A stretch of 64,000 nucleotides of DNA from Eledone cirrhosa (lineage: Eukaryota): contig OZ024750.1 in NCBI GenBank assembly GCA_964016885.1, positions 41,602,001 through 41,666,000 of the forward strand, read 5' to 3'. The notes under the pieces are model-generated. The model was given only the letters and a program-made list of their open reading frames with translations, searched no databases and was not told where the DNA came from. Below, piece by piece: positions 24,546-37,300 of the stretch; positions within the stretch are counted from its first letter, which is position 1, and each line of letters opens with the position of its first letter. The position numbers and the translations under genes were made by a program.

Positions 24546-27500
24546 CCCCAGTCTAGGTGGTATATCTCAGCTGTGGTAGGGATTGGCAGACTCTACACCC
24601 TAGTATAGAGGGTATATCTCAGCTGTGGTAGGCACTGACAGGCTCTACACCCCAGTCTAGGTGGTATATCTCAGCTGTGGTAGGGAGTAACAGACTCTAC
24701 ACCCCAGTGTAGGTGGTATATCTCAGCTGTGGTAGGGAGTGGCAGACTCTACACCCCAGTCTAGGTGGTATATCTCAGCTGTGGCAGGGAGTGACAGACT
24801 CTACACCCCAGTCTAGGTGGTATATCTCAGCTGTGGTGGGGAGTGACAGACTCTACACCCCAGTCTAGGTGGTATATCTCAGCTGTGGTAGGGAGTGACA
24901 GACTCTACACCCCAGTCTAGGTGGTATATCTCAGCTGGGAGTGACAGACTCTACACCCCAGTCTAGGTGGTATATCTCAGCTGGGAGTGACAGACTCTAC
25001 ACCCCAATCTAGGTGGTATATCTCAGCTGTGGCAGGGAGTGACAGACTCTACACCCCAGTCTAGGTGGTATATCTCAGCTGGGAGTGACAGACTCTACAC
25101 TCCAGTCTAGAGGGTATATCTCAGCTGTAGTAGGGAGTAACAGACTCTACACCCCAGTGTAGGTGGTATATCTCAGCTGTGGTAGGGAGTGGCAGACTCT
25201 ACACCCCAGTCTAGGTGGTATATCTCAGCTGTGGTAGGGAGTGACAGACTCTACACCCCAGTCTAGAGGGTATATCTCAGCTGTGGTAGGGAGTGACAGA
25301 CTCTACACCCCAGTCTAGGTGGTATATCTCAGCTGTGGTAGGGAGTGACAGACTCTACACCCCAGTCTAGTTGGTATATCTCAGTTGTGGTAGGGAGTGA
25401 CAGATTCTACACCACAGTCTAGAGGGTATATCTCAGCTGTGGTAGGGAGTGGCAGACTCTACACCCCAGTCTAGAGGGTATATCTCAGCTGTGGTGGGGA
25501 GTGAAAGACTCTACACCCCAGTCTAGGTGGTATGTCTCAGCTGTGGCAGGGAATGACAAACTCTACACCCCAGTCTAGGTGGTATATCTCAGCTGTAGTA
25601 GGGAGTAACAGACTCTACACCCCAGTGTAGGTGGTATATCTCAGCTGTGGTAGGGAGTGGCAGACTCTACACCCCAGTCTAGGTGGTATATCTCAGCTGT
25701 GGTAGGGAGTGACAGACTCTACACCCCAGTCTAGGTGGTATATCTCAGCTGTGGTAGGGAGTGACAGACTCTACACCCCAGTCTAGGTGGTATATCTCAG
25801 CTGTGGCAGGGAGTGACAGACTCTACACCCCAGTCTAGGTGGTATATCTCAGCTGGGAGTGACAGACTCTACACCCCAGTCTAGAGGGTATATCTCAGCT
25901 GTGGTGGGGAGTGAAAGACTCTACACCCCAGTCTAGGTGGTATGTCTCAGCTGTGGCAGGGAATGACAAACTCTACACCCCAGTCTAGATGGTATATCTC
26001 AGCTGTGGTAGGCACTGACAGGCTCTACACCCCACTCTAGGTGGTATATCTCAGCTGTGGTAGGGAGTTACACACTCTACACCCCAGTGTAGGTGGTATA
26101 TCTCAGCTGTGGTAGGGAGTGGCAGACTCTACACCCCAGTCTAGGTGGTATATCTCAGCTGTGGTAGGGAGTGACAGACTCTACACCCCAGTCTAGAGGG
26201 TATATCTCAGCTGTGGTAGGGAGTGACAGACTCTACACTCCAGTCTAGGTGGTATATCTAAGCTGTGGTAGGGAGTGACAGACTCTACACCCCAGTCTAG
26301 TTGGTATATCTCAGTTGTGGTAGGGAGTGACAGATTCTACACCAAAGTCTAGAGGGTATATCTCAGCTGTGGTAGGGAGTGGCAGACTCTACACCCCAGT
26401 CTAGGTGGTATATCTCAGCTGTGGTAGGGAGTGACAGACTCTACACCCCAGTCTAGGTGGTATATCTCAGCTGTGGTAGGGATTGGCAGACTCTACACCC
26501 TAGTATAGAGGGTATATCTCAGCTGTGGTAGGCACTGACAGGCTCTACACCCCAGTCTAGGTGGTATATCTCAGCTGTGGTAGGGAGTAACAGACTCTAC
26601 ACCCCAGTGTAGGTGGTATATCTCAGCTGTGGTAGGGAGTGGCAGACTCTACACCCCAGTCTAGGTGGTATATCTCAGCTGTGGCAGGGAGTGACAGACT
26701 CTACACCCCAGTCTAGGTGGTATATCTCAGCTGTGGTGGGGAGTGACAGACTCTACACCCCAGTCTAGGTGGTATATCTCAGCTGTGGTAGGGAGTGACA
26801 GACTCTACACCCCAGTCTAGGTGGTATATCTCAGCTGGGAGTGACAGACTCTACACTCCAGTCCAGGTGGTATATCTCAGCTGTGGTAAGGAGTGACAGA
26901 CTCTACACCCCAGTCTAGGTGGTATATATATCAGCTGGGAGTGACGACCCTTCACCCCAGTCTAGGTGGTATATCTCAGCTGTGGCAGGGAGTGACAGAC
27001 TGTACACCCCAGTCTAGGTGGTATATCTCAGCTGGGAGTGACAGACTCTACACCCCAGTCTAGGTGGTATATCTCAGCTGGGAGTGACAGACTCTACACT
27101 CCAGTCTAGAGGGTATATCTCAGCTGTAGTAGGGAGTAACAGACTCTACACCCCAGTGTAGGTGGTATATCTCAGCTGTGGTAGGGAGTGGCAGACTCTA
27201 CACCCCAGTCTAGGTGGTATATCTCAGCTGTGGTAGGGAGTGACAGACTCTACACCCCAGTCTAGAGGGTATATCTCAGCTGTGGTAGGGAGTGACAGAC
27301 TCTACACCCCAGTCTAGGTGGTATATCTCAGCTGTGGTAGGGAGTGACAGACTCTACACCCCAGTCTAGTTGGTATATCTCAGTTGTGGTAGGGAGTGAC
27401 AGATTCTACACCACAGTCTAGAGGGTATATCTCAGCTGTGGTAGGGAGTGGCAGACTCTACACCCCAGTCTAGGTGGTATATCTCAGCTGTGGTAGGGAG

Positions 27501-29759
27501 TGACAGACTCTACACCCCAGTCTAGGTGGTATATCTCAGCTGTGGTAGGGAGTGACAGACTCCACACCCCAGTCTAGGTGGTATATCTCAGCTGTGGTAG
27601 GGATTGGCAGACTCTACACCCCAGTCTAGGTGGTATATCTCAGCTGTGGCAGGGAGTGACAGACTATACACCCCAGTCTAGGTGTTATATCTCAGCTGTG
27701 GTGGGGAGTGACAGACTCTACACCCCAGTCTAGGTGGTATATCTCATCTGTGGCAGGGAGTGACAGACTCTACACCCCAGTCTAGGTGGTATATCTCAGC
27801 TGGGAATGACAGACTCTACACCCCAGTCTAGGTGGTATATCTCAGCTGTGGCAGGGAGTGACAGACTCTACACCCCAGTCTAGGTGGTATATCTCAGCTG
27901 TGGAGGGGACTGATAGACTCTACACCCCAGTCTAGGTGGTATATCTCAGTTGTGGTAGGGAGTGACAGACTCTACACCCCAGTCGAGGTGGTATATCTCC
28001 ACTGTGGTAGGGAGTGACAGACTCTACACCCCAGTCCAGGTGGAATATCTCCACTGTGGTAGGGAGTGACAGACTCTACACCCCAGTCTAGGTGGTATAT
28101 CTCAGCTGTGGTAGGGAGTAACAGACTCTACACCCCAGTGTAGGTGGTATATCTCAGCTGTGGTAGGGAGTGGCAGACTCTACACCCCAGTCTAGGTGGT
28201 ATATCTCAGCTGTGGTAGGGAGTGACAGACTCTACACCCTAGTCTAGAGGGTATATCTCGCTGTGGTAGGGAGTGACAGACTCTACACTCCAGTCTAGGT
28301 GGTATATCTCAGCTGTGGTAGGGAGTGACAGATTCTACACCCCAGTCTAGTTGGTATATCTCAGTTGTGGTAGGGAGTGACAGATTCTACACCACAGTCT
28401 AGAGGGTATATCTCAGCTGTGGTAGGGAGTGGCAGACTCTACACCCCAGTCTAGGTGGTATATCTCAGCTGTGGTAGGGAGTGGCAGACTCTACACCCCA
28501 GTCTAGGTGGTATATCTCAGCTGTGGTATGGAGTGACAGACTCCACACCCCAGTCCAGGTGGTATATCTCAGCTGGGAGTGACAGACTCTACACCCCAGT
28601 CTAGAGTGTATATCTCAGCTGTGGTAAGGCGTGACAGACTCTACACCCCAGTCTAGGTGGTATATCTCAGCTGTGGTAGGGAGTGGCAGACTCTACACCC
28701 CAGTCAAGGTGGTATATCTCAGCTGTGGTAGGGAGTGACAGACTCTACACCCCAGCCTAGGTGATATACCTCAGCTGTGGTAGAGAGTGACAGACTCCAC
28801 ACCCCAGTCTAGGTGGTATATCTCAGCTGTGGTAGGGAGTGACAGACTCTACACCCCAGTCTAGGTGGTATATCTCAGCTGTGGCAGGGAGTGACAGACT
28901 CTGCACCCCAGTCTAGGTGGTATATCTCAGCTGTGGTAGGAAGTGACAGACTCTACACCGCAGTCTAGGTGGTATATCTCAGCTGTGGTAGGGAGTGACA
29001 GACTCTACACCCCAGTCTTGGTGGTATATCTCAGGTGTGGTGGGGAGTGACAGACTCTACACCCCAGTCTAGGTGGTATATCTCAGCTGTGGTAGGGAGA
29101 GGTAAACTCTACACCCCAGTCTAGGTGGTATATCTCAGCTGTGGTGGGGACTGACAGACTCTAAACCCCAGTCTAGCTGGTATATCTCAGCTGTGGTAGG
29201 GAGTGACAGACTCTACACCCCAGTCCAGGTGGTATATTTCAGCTGTGGTAAGGAGTGACAGACTCTACACCCAGGTCTAGGTGGTATATCTCAGCTGTGG
29301 TGGGGAGTGACAGACTCTACACCCCAGTCTAGGTGGTATAACTCAGCTGGGAGTGACAGACTTTACACCCCAGTCTAAATGGTATATCTCAGCTGTGGTA
29401 GGCACTGAAAGACTCTACACCCCAGTCTAGGTGGTATATCTCAGCTGTGGTAGGGAGTAATAGACTCTACACCCCAGTCTAGGTGGTATAATTCAGCTGG
29501 GAGTGACAGACTCTACACCCCAGTCTAAATGGTATATCTCAGCTGTGGTAGGCACTGAAAGACTCTACACCCCAGTCTAGGTGGTATATCTCAGTTGTGG
29601 TAGGGAGTGACAGATTCTACACCACTGTCTAGAGGGTATATCTCAGCTGTGGTAGGGATTGGCAGACTCTACACCCCAGTCTAGGTGGTATATCTCAGCT
29701 GTGGTAGGGAGTGACAGACTCTACACCCCAGTCTAGGCGGTATATCTCAGCTGTGGTAG

Positions 29760-31600
29760 GGAGTGACAGACTCCACACCCCAGTCTAGCTGGTATATCTC
29801 AGCTGGGAGTCACAGACTCTACACCCCAGTCTAGAGGGTATATCTCAGCTGCGGTAAGGAGTGACAGACTCTACACCCCAGTCTAGGTGGTATATCTCAG
29901 CTGTGGTAGGGAGTGGCAGACTCTACACCCCAGTCTAGGTGGTTATCGCAGCTCTGATAGGGAGTGACAGACTCTACACCCCAGTCTAGGTGGTATATCT
30001 CAGCTGTGGTAGGGAGTGACAGACTCTACACCCCAGTCTAGGTGGTATATCTCAGCTGGGAGTGACAGACTCTACACCCCAGTTCAGGTGGTATATCTCA
30101 GCTGTGGTAAGGAGTGACAGACTCCACACCCCAGTCTAGGTGGTATATCTCAGCTGTGACAGGAAGTGATAGACTCTACACCCCAGTCTAGGTGGTATAT
30201 CTCAGCTGTGGTGGGGAATGACAGACTCTACACCCCAGTCTAGGTGGTATATCTCAGCTGTGGCAGGGAGTGACAGACTCTACACCCCAGTCTAGAGGGT
30301 ATATCTCAGCTGTGGTAGGGAGTGACAGACTCTACACTCCAGTCTAGGTGGTATATCTCAGCTGTGGTAGGGAGTGACAGACTCTACACCCCAGTCTAGT
30401 TGGTATATCTCAGTTGTGGTAGGGAGTGACAGATTCTACACCACAGTCAAGAGGGTATATCTCAGCTGTGGTAGGGAGTGGCAGACTCTACACCCCAGTC
30501 TAGGTGGTATATCTCAGCTGTGGTAGGGAGTGACAGACTCTACACCCCAGTCTAGGTGGTATATCTCAGCTGTGGTAGGGAGTGACAGACTCCACACCCC
30601 AGTCTAGGTGGTATATCTCAGCTGTGGTAGGTATTGGCAGACTCTACACCCCAGTCTAGAGGGTATACCTCAGCTGTGGTAGGGAGTGACAGACACCACA
30701 CCCCAGTCTAGCTGGTATATCTCAGCTGGGAGTCACAGACTCTACACCCCAGTCTAGAGGGTATATCTCAGCTGCGGTAAGGAGTGACAGACTCTACACC
30801 CCAGTCTAGGTGGTATATCTCAGCTGTGGTAGGGAGTGGCAGACTCTACACCCCAGTCTAGGTGGTTATCTCAGCTCTGATAGGGAGTGACAGACTCTAC
30901 ACCCCAGTCTAGGTGGTATATCTCAGCTGTGGTAGGGAGTGACAGACTCTACACCCCAGTCTAGGTGGTATATCTCAGCTGGGAGTGACAGACTCTACAC
31001 CCCAGTTCAGGTGGTATATCTCAGCTGTGGTAAGGAGTGACAGACGCTACACCCCAGTCTAGGTGGTATATCTCAGCTGTGACAGGGAGTGATAGACTCT
31101 ACACCCCAGTCTAGGTGGTATATCTCAGCTGTGGTGGGGAATGACAGACTCTACACCCCAGTCTAGGTGGTATATATCAGCTGTGATAGGGAGTGACAGA
31201 CTCTACACCCCAGTCTAGGTGGTATATCTCAGCTGTGGTAGGGAGTGACAGACTCTACACCCCAGTCTAGAGGGTATATCTCAGCTGTGGTAGGGAGTGA
31301 CAGACTCTACACTCCAGTCTAGGTGGTATATCTCAGCTGTGGTAGGAAGTGACAGACTCTACACCCCAGTCTAGTTGGTATATCTCAGTTGTGGTAGGGA
31401 GTGACAGATTCTACACCACAGTCTAGAGGGTATATCTCAGCTGTGGTAGGGAGTGGCAGACTCTACACCCCAGTCTAGGTGGTATATCTCAGCTGTGGTA
31501 GGGAGTGACAGACTCCACACCCCAGTCTAGGTGGTATATCTCAGCTGTGGTAGGGGTTTGCAGACTCTACACCCCAGTCTAGAGGGTATATCTCAGCTGT
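29760..31600. repeat. Older, diverged tandem duplication at offset 923 bp
   Basis: The private variants GGTTATC (29941/30864) and AGTTCAGG (30081/31004), plus CTCTGATAGG and GTGACAGG..GTGATAG, are shared. The copies differ by several substitutions and one monomer. Confidence 0.85.
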
Positions 31601-33226
31601 GGTATGGCGTGACAGACTCTACACCCCAGTCTAGGTGGTATATCTCAGCTGTGGTAGGGAGTGGCAGACTCTACACCCCAGTCAAGGTGGTATATCTCAG
31701 CTTTGGTAGGGAGTGACAGACTCTACACCCCAGTCTAGAGGGTATATCTCAGCTGTGGTAGGGAGTGACAGACTCTACACCCCAGTCTAGGTGGTATATC
31801 TCAGCTGTGGTAGGGAGTGACAGACTCTACACCCCAGTCTAGGTGGTATATCTCAGCTGGGAGTGACAGACTCTACACCCCAGTCTAGGTGGTATATCTC
31901 AGCTGTGGCAGGGAGTGACAGACTCTACACCCCAGTCTAGGTGGTATATCTCAGCTGTGGCAGGGAGTGGCAGACTCTACACCCCAGTCTAGGTGGTATA
32001 TCTCAGCTGTGGTGGGGAGTGACAGACTCTACACCCCAGTCTAGGTGGTATATCTCAGCTGTGGTGGGGACTGACAGACTCTACACCCCAGTCCATGTGG
32101 TATATCTCAGCTGTGGTAAGGAGTGACAGACTCTGCACCCCAGTCTAGGTGGTATATCTCAGCTGTGGTAGGGAGTGACAGACTCTACACCCCAGTCTAG
32201 GTGGTATATCTCAGCTGTGGCAGGGAGTGACAGACTCTACACCCCAGTCTAGGTGGTATATCTCAGCTGGGAGTGACAGACTCTATACCCCAGTCTAGGT
32301 GGTATGTCTCATCTGTGGCAGGGAATGACAGACTCTACACCCCAGTCTAGATGGTATATCTCAGCTGTGGTAGGCACTGACAGGCTCTACACCCCACTCT
32401 AGGTGGTATATCTCAGCTGGGAGGGACAGACTCTACACCCCAGTCTAGGTGGTATATCTACACTGTGGTAGGGAGTGACAGACTCTACACCCCAGTCTAG
32501 GTGGTATATCTCAGCTGTGTTAGGGAGTAACACACTCTACACCCCAGTGTAGGTGGTATATCTCAGCTGTGGTAGGGAGTGGCAGAATCTACACCCCAGT
32601 CTAGGTGGTATATCTCAGCTGTGGTAGGGAGTGACAGACTCTACACCCCAGTCTAGTTGGTATATCTCAGTTGTGGTAGGGAGTGACAGATTCTACACCA
32701 AAGTCTAGAGGGTATATCTCAGCTGTGGTAGGGAGTGGCAGACTCTACACCCCAGTCTAGGTGGTATATCTCAGCTGTGGTAGGGAGTGACAAACTCTAC
32801 ACCCCAGTCTAGGTGGTATATCTCAGCTGTGGTAGGGATTGGCAGACTCTACACCCTAGTATAGAGGGTATATCTCAGCTGTGGTAAGGAATGACAGACT
32901 CTACACCCCAGTCCAGGTGGTATATCTCAGCTGTGGTAAGGAGTGACAGACTCTACACCCCAGTCTATGTGGTATATCTCAGCTGGGAGTGACGACTCTT
33001 CACCCCAGTCTAGGTGGTATATCTCAGCTGTGGTGGGGAGTGACAGACTCTACACCCCAGTCTAGGTGGTATATCTCAGCTGTGGCAGGGAGTGACAGAC
33101 TCTACACCCCAGTCCAGGTGGTATATCTCAGCTGTGGTAAGGAATGACAGACTCTACACCCCAGTCTAGGTGGTATATCTCAGCTGTGGTAGGGAGTGAC
33201 AGACTCTACACCCAGTCCAGGTGGTA

Positions 33227-33850
33227 TATCTCAGCTGTGGTGGGGAGTGACAGAATCTACACCCCAGTCTAGGTGGTATATCTCAGCTGTGGTGGGGAGT
33301 GACAGACTCTACACCCCAGTCTAGGTGGTATATCTCAGCTGTGGTAGGGAGTGGCAGACTCTACACCCCAGTCTAGAGGGTATATCTCAGCTGTGGTGGG
33401 GAGTGACAGACTCTACACCCCAGTCTAGGTGGTATATCTCAGCTGTGGTGGGGAGTGACAGACTCTACACCCCAGTCTAGGTGGTATATCTCAGCTGTGG
33501 TAGGGAGTGGCAGACTCTACACCCCAGTCTAGAGGGTATATCTCAGCTGTGGTGGGGAGTGACAGACTCTACACCCCAGTCTAGGTGGTATATCTCAGCT
33601 GTGGTGGGGAGTGACAGACTCTACACCCCAGTCTAGGTGGTATATCTCAGCTGTGGTAGGGAGTGGCAGACTCTACATCCCAGTCTAGAGGGTATATCTC
33701 AGCTGTGGTGGGGAGTGACAGAATCTACACCCCAGTCTAGGTGGTATATCTCAGCTGTGGTGGGGAGTGACAGACTCTACACCCCAGTCTAGGTGGTATA
33801 TCTCAGCTGTGGTAGGGAGTGGCAGACTCTACACCCCAGTCTAGAGGGTA
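33227..33850. repeat. Local 3-monomer (156-bp) higher-order repeat, 4 copies
   Basis: The pattern [GTGGGG][GTGGGG][GTAGGG-GGCAG-TAGAGGG] is repeated four times. The GAATC variant at 33253 and 33721 is 3x156 apart. Confidence 0.88.
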
Positions 33851-34319
33851 TATCTCAGCTGTGGTGGGGAGTGACAGACTCTACACCCCAGTCCAGGTGG
33901 TATATCTCAGCTGTGGTAAGGAGTGACAGACTCTGCACCCCAGTCTAGGTGGTATATCTCAGCTGTGGTAGGGAATGACAGACTCTACAACCCAGTCTAG
34001 GTGGTATATCTCAGCTGTGGCAGGGAGTGACAGACTCTACACCCCAGTCTAGGTGGTATATCTCAGCTGGGAGTGACAGACTATACACCCCAGTCTAGAT
34101 GGTATATCTCAGCTGTGGTAGGCACTGACAGGCTCTACACCCCAGTCTAGGTGGTATATCTCAGCTGTGGTAGGGAGTAACAGACTCTACACCCCAGTGT
34201 AGGTGGTATATCTCAGCTGTGGTAGGGAGTGGCAGACTCTACACCCCAGTCTAGGTGGTATATCTCAGCTGTGGTAGGGAGTGACAGACTCTACACCCCA
34301 GTCTAGAGGGTATATCTCA

Positions 34320-37300
34320 GCTGTGGTAGGGAGTGACAGACTCTACACCCCAGTCTAGGTGGTATATCTCAGCTGTGGTAGGGAGTGACAGACTCTACAC
34401 CCCAGTCTAGTTGGTATATCTCAGTTGTGGTAGGGAGTGACAGATTGTACACCACAGTCTAGAGGGTATATCTCAGCTGTGGTAGGGAGTGGCAGACTCT
34501 ACACCCCAGTCTAGGTGGTATATCTCAGCTGTGGTAGGGAGTGACAGACTCTACACCCCAGTCTAGGTGGTATATCTCAGCTGTGGTAGGGAGTGACAGA
34601 CTCCACACCCCAGTCTAGGTGGTATATCTCAGCTGTGGTAGGGATTGGCAGACACTACACCCCAGTCTAGAGGGTATATCTCAGCTGTGGTAAGGAGTGA
34701 CAGACTCTACATCCCAGTCTAGGTGGTATATCTCAGCTGTGGTAGGGAGTGACAGACTCTACACCCCAGTCTAGGTGGTATATCTCAGCTGTGGTAGGGA
34801 GTGACAGACTCTACACCCCAGTCTAGGTGGTATATCTCAGCTGTGGTGGGAGTGACAGATTCTACACCGCAGTCTAGGTGGTATATCTCAGCTGGGAGTG
34901 ACGACTCTGCACCCCAGTCTAGGTGTTATATCTCAGCTGTGGTAGGGAGTGACAGACTATACACCCCAGTCTAGGTGGTATATCTCAGCTGTGGTGGGGA
35001 GTGACAGACTCTACACCCCAGTCTAGGTGGTATATCTCAGCTGTGGTAGGGAGTGACAGACTATACACCCCCAGTCTAGGTGGTATATCTCAGCTGTGGT
35101 GGGGAGTGACAGACTCTACACCCCAGTCTAGGTGGTATATCTCATCTGTGGCAGGGAGTGACAGACTCTACACCCCAGTCTAGGTGGTATATCTCAGCTG
35201 GGAATGACAGACTCTACACCCCAGTCTAGGTGGTATATCTCAGCTGTGGCAGGGAGTGACAGACTCTACATCCCAGTCTAGGTGGTATATCTCAGCTGTG
35301 GAGGGGACTGACAGACTCTACACCCCAGTCTAGGTGGTATATCTCAGTTGTGGTGGGAGTGACAGACTCTACACCCCAGTCCAGGTGGTATATCTCCACT
35401 GTGGTAGGGAGTGACAGACTCTACACCCCAGTCCAGGTGGAATATCTCCACTGTGGTAGGGAGTGACAGACTCTACACCCCAGTCTAGGTGGTATATCTC
35501 AGCTGTGGTAGGGGGTAACAGACTCTACACCCCAGTCTAGAGGGTATATCTCAGCTGTGGTAGGGAGTGACAGACTCTACACTCCAGTCTAGGTGGTATA
35601 TCTCAGCTGTGGTAGGGAGTGACAGACTCTACACCCCAGTCTAGTTGGTATATCTCAGTTGTGGTAGGGAGTGACAGATTCTACACCACAGTCTAGAGGG
35701 TATATCTCAGCTGTGGTAGGGAGTGGCAGACTCTACACCCCAGTCTAGGTGGTATATCTCAGCTGTGGTAGGGAGTGACAGACTCTACACCCCAGTCTAG
35801 GTGGTATATCTCAGCTGTGGTATGGAGTGACAGACTCCACACCCCAGTCTAGGTGGTATATCTCAGCTGGGAGTTACAGACTCTACACCCCAGTCTAGAG
35901 GGTATATCTCAGCTGTGGTAAGGCGTGACAGACTCTACACACCAGTCTAGGTGGTATATCTCAGCTGTGGTAGGGCTGGCAGACTCTACACCCCAGTCAA
36001 GGTGGTATATCTCAGCTGTGGTAGGGAGTGACAGAATCTACACCCCAGCCTAGGTGATATACCTCAGCTGTGGTAGAGAGTGACAGACTACACACCCCAG
36101 TCTAGGTGGTATATCTCAGCTGTGGTAGGGAGTGACAGACTCTACACCCCAGTCTAGGTGGTATATCTCAGCTGTGGCAGGGAGTGACAGACTCTGCACC
36201 CCAGTCTAGGTGGTATATCTCAGCTGTGGTAGGAAGTGACAGACTCTGCACCCCAGGCAAGGTGGTATATCTCAGCTGTGGTAGGGAGTGACAGACTCTA
36301 CACCCCAGTCTAGGTGGTATATCTCAGCTGTGGCAGGGAGTGACAGACTCTACACCCCAGTCTAGGTGGTATGTCTCAGCTGGGAGTGACAGACTCTACA
36401 CCCCAGTCTAGAGGGTATATCTCAGCTGTGGTGGGGAGTGACAGACTCTATACCCCAGTCTAGGTGGTATGTCTCATCTGTGGCAGGGAATGACAGATTC
36501 TACACCCCAGTCTAGATGGTATATCTCAGCTGTGGTAGGCACTGACAGGCTCTACACCCCACTCTAGGTGGTATATCTCAGCTGGGAGTGACAGACTCTA
36601 CACCCCAGTCTAGGTGGTATATCTACACTGTGGTAGGGAGTGACAGACTCTACACCCCAGTCTAGGTGGTATATCTCAGCTGTGGTAGGGAGTAACACAC
36701 TCTACACCCCAGTGTAGGTGGTATATCTCAGCTGTGGTAGGGAGTGGCAGAATCTACACCCCAGTCTAGGTGGTATATCTCAGCTGTGGTAGGGAGTGAC
36801 AGACTCTACACCCCAGTCTAGAGGGTATATCTCAGCTGTGGTAGGGAGTGACAGACTCTACACCCCAGTCTAGGTGGTATATCTCAGCTGTGGTAGGGAG
36901 TGACAGATTCTACACCAAAGTCTAGGTGGTATATCTCAGCTGTGGTAGGGAGTGACAGGCTCTACACCCCAGTCTAGGTGGTTTATCTTAGCTGTGGTAG
37001 GGAGTAACAGACTCTACACCCCAGTGTAGGTGGTATATCTCAGCTGTGGTAGGGAGTGGCAGACTCTACACCCCAGTCTAGGTGGTATATCTCAGCTGTG
37101 GCAGGGAGTGACAGACTCTACACCCCAGTCTAGGTGGTATATCTCAGCTGTGGTAGGGAGTGACAAACTCTACACCCCAGTCTAGGTGGTATATCTCAGC
37201 TGGGAGTGACAGACTCTACACTCCAGTCCAGGTGGTATATCTCAGTTGTGGTAAGGAGTGACAGACTCTACACCCCAGTCTAGGTGGTATATCTCAGCTG

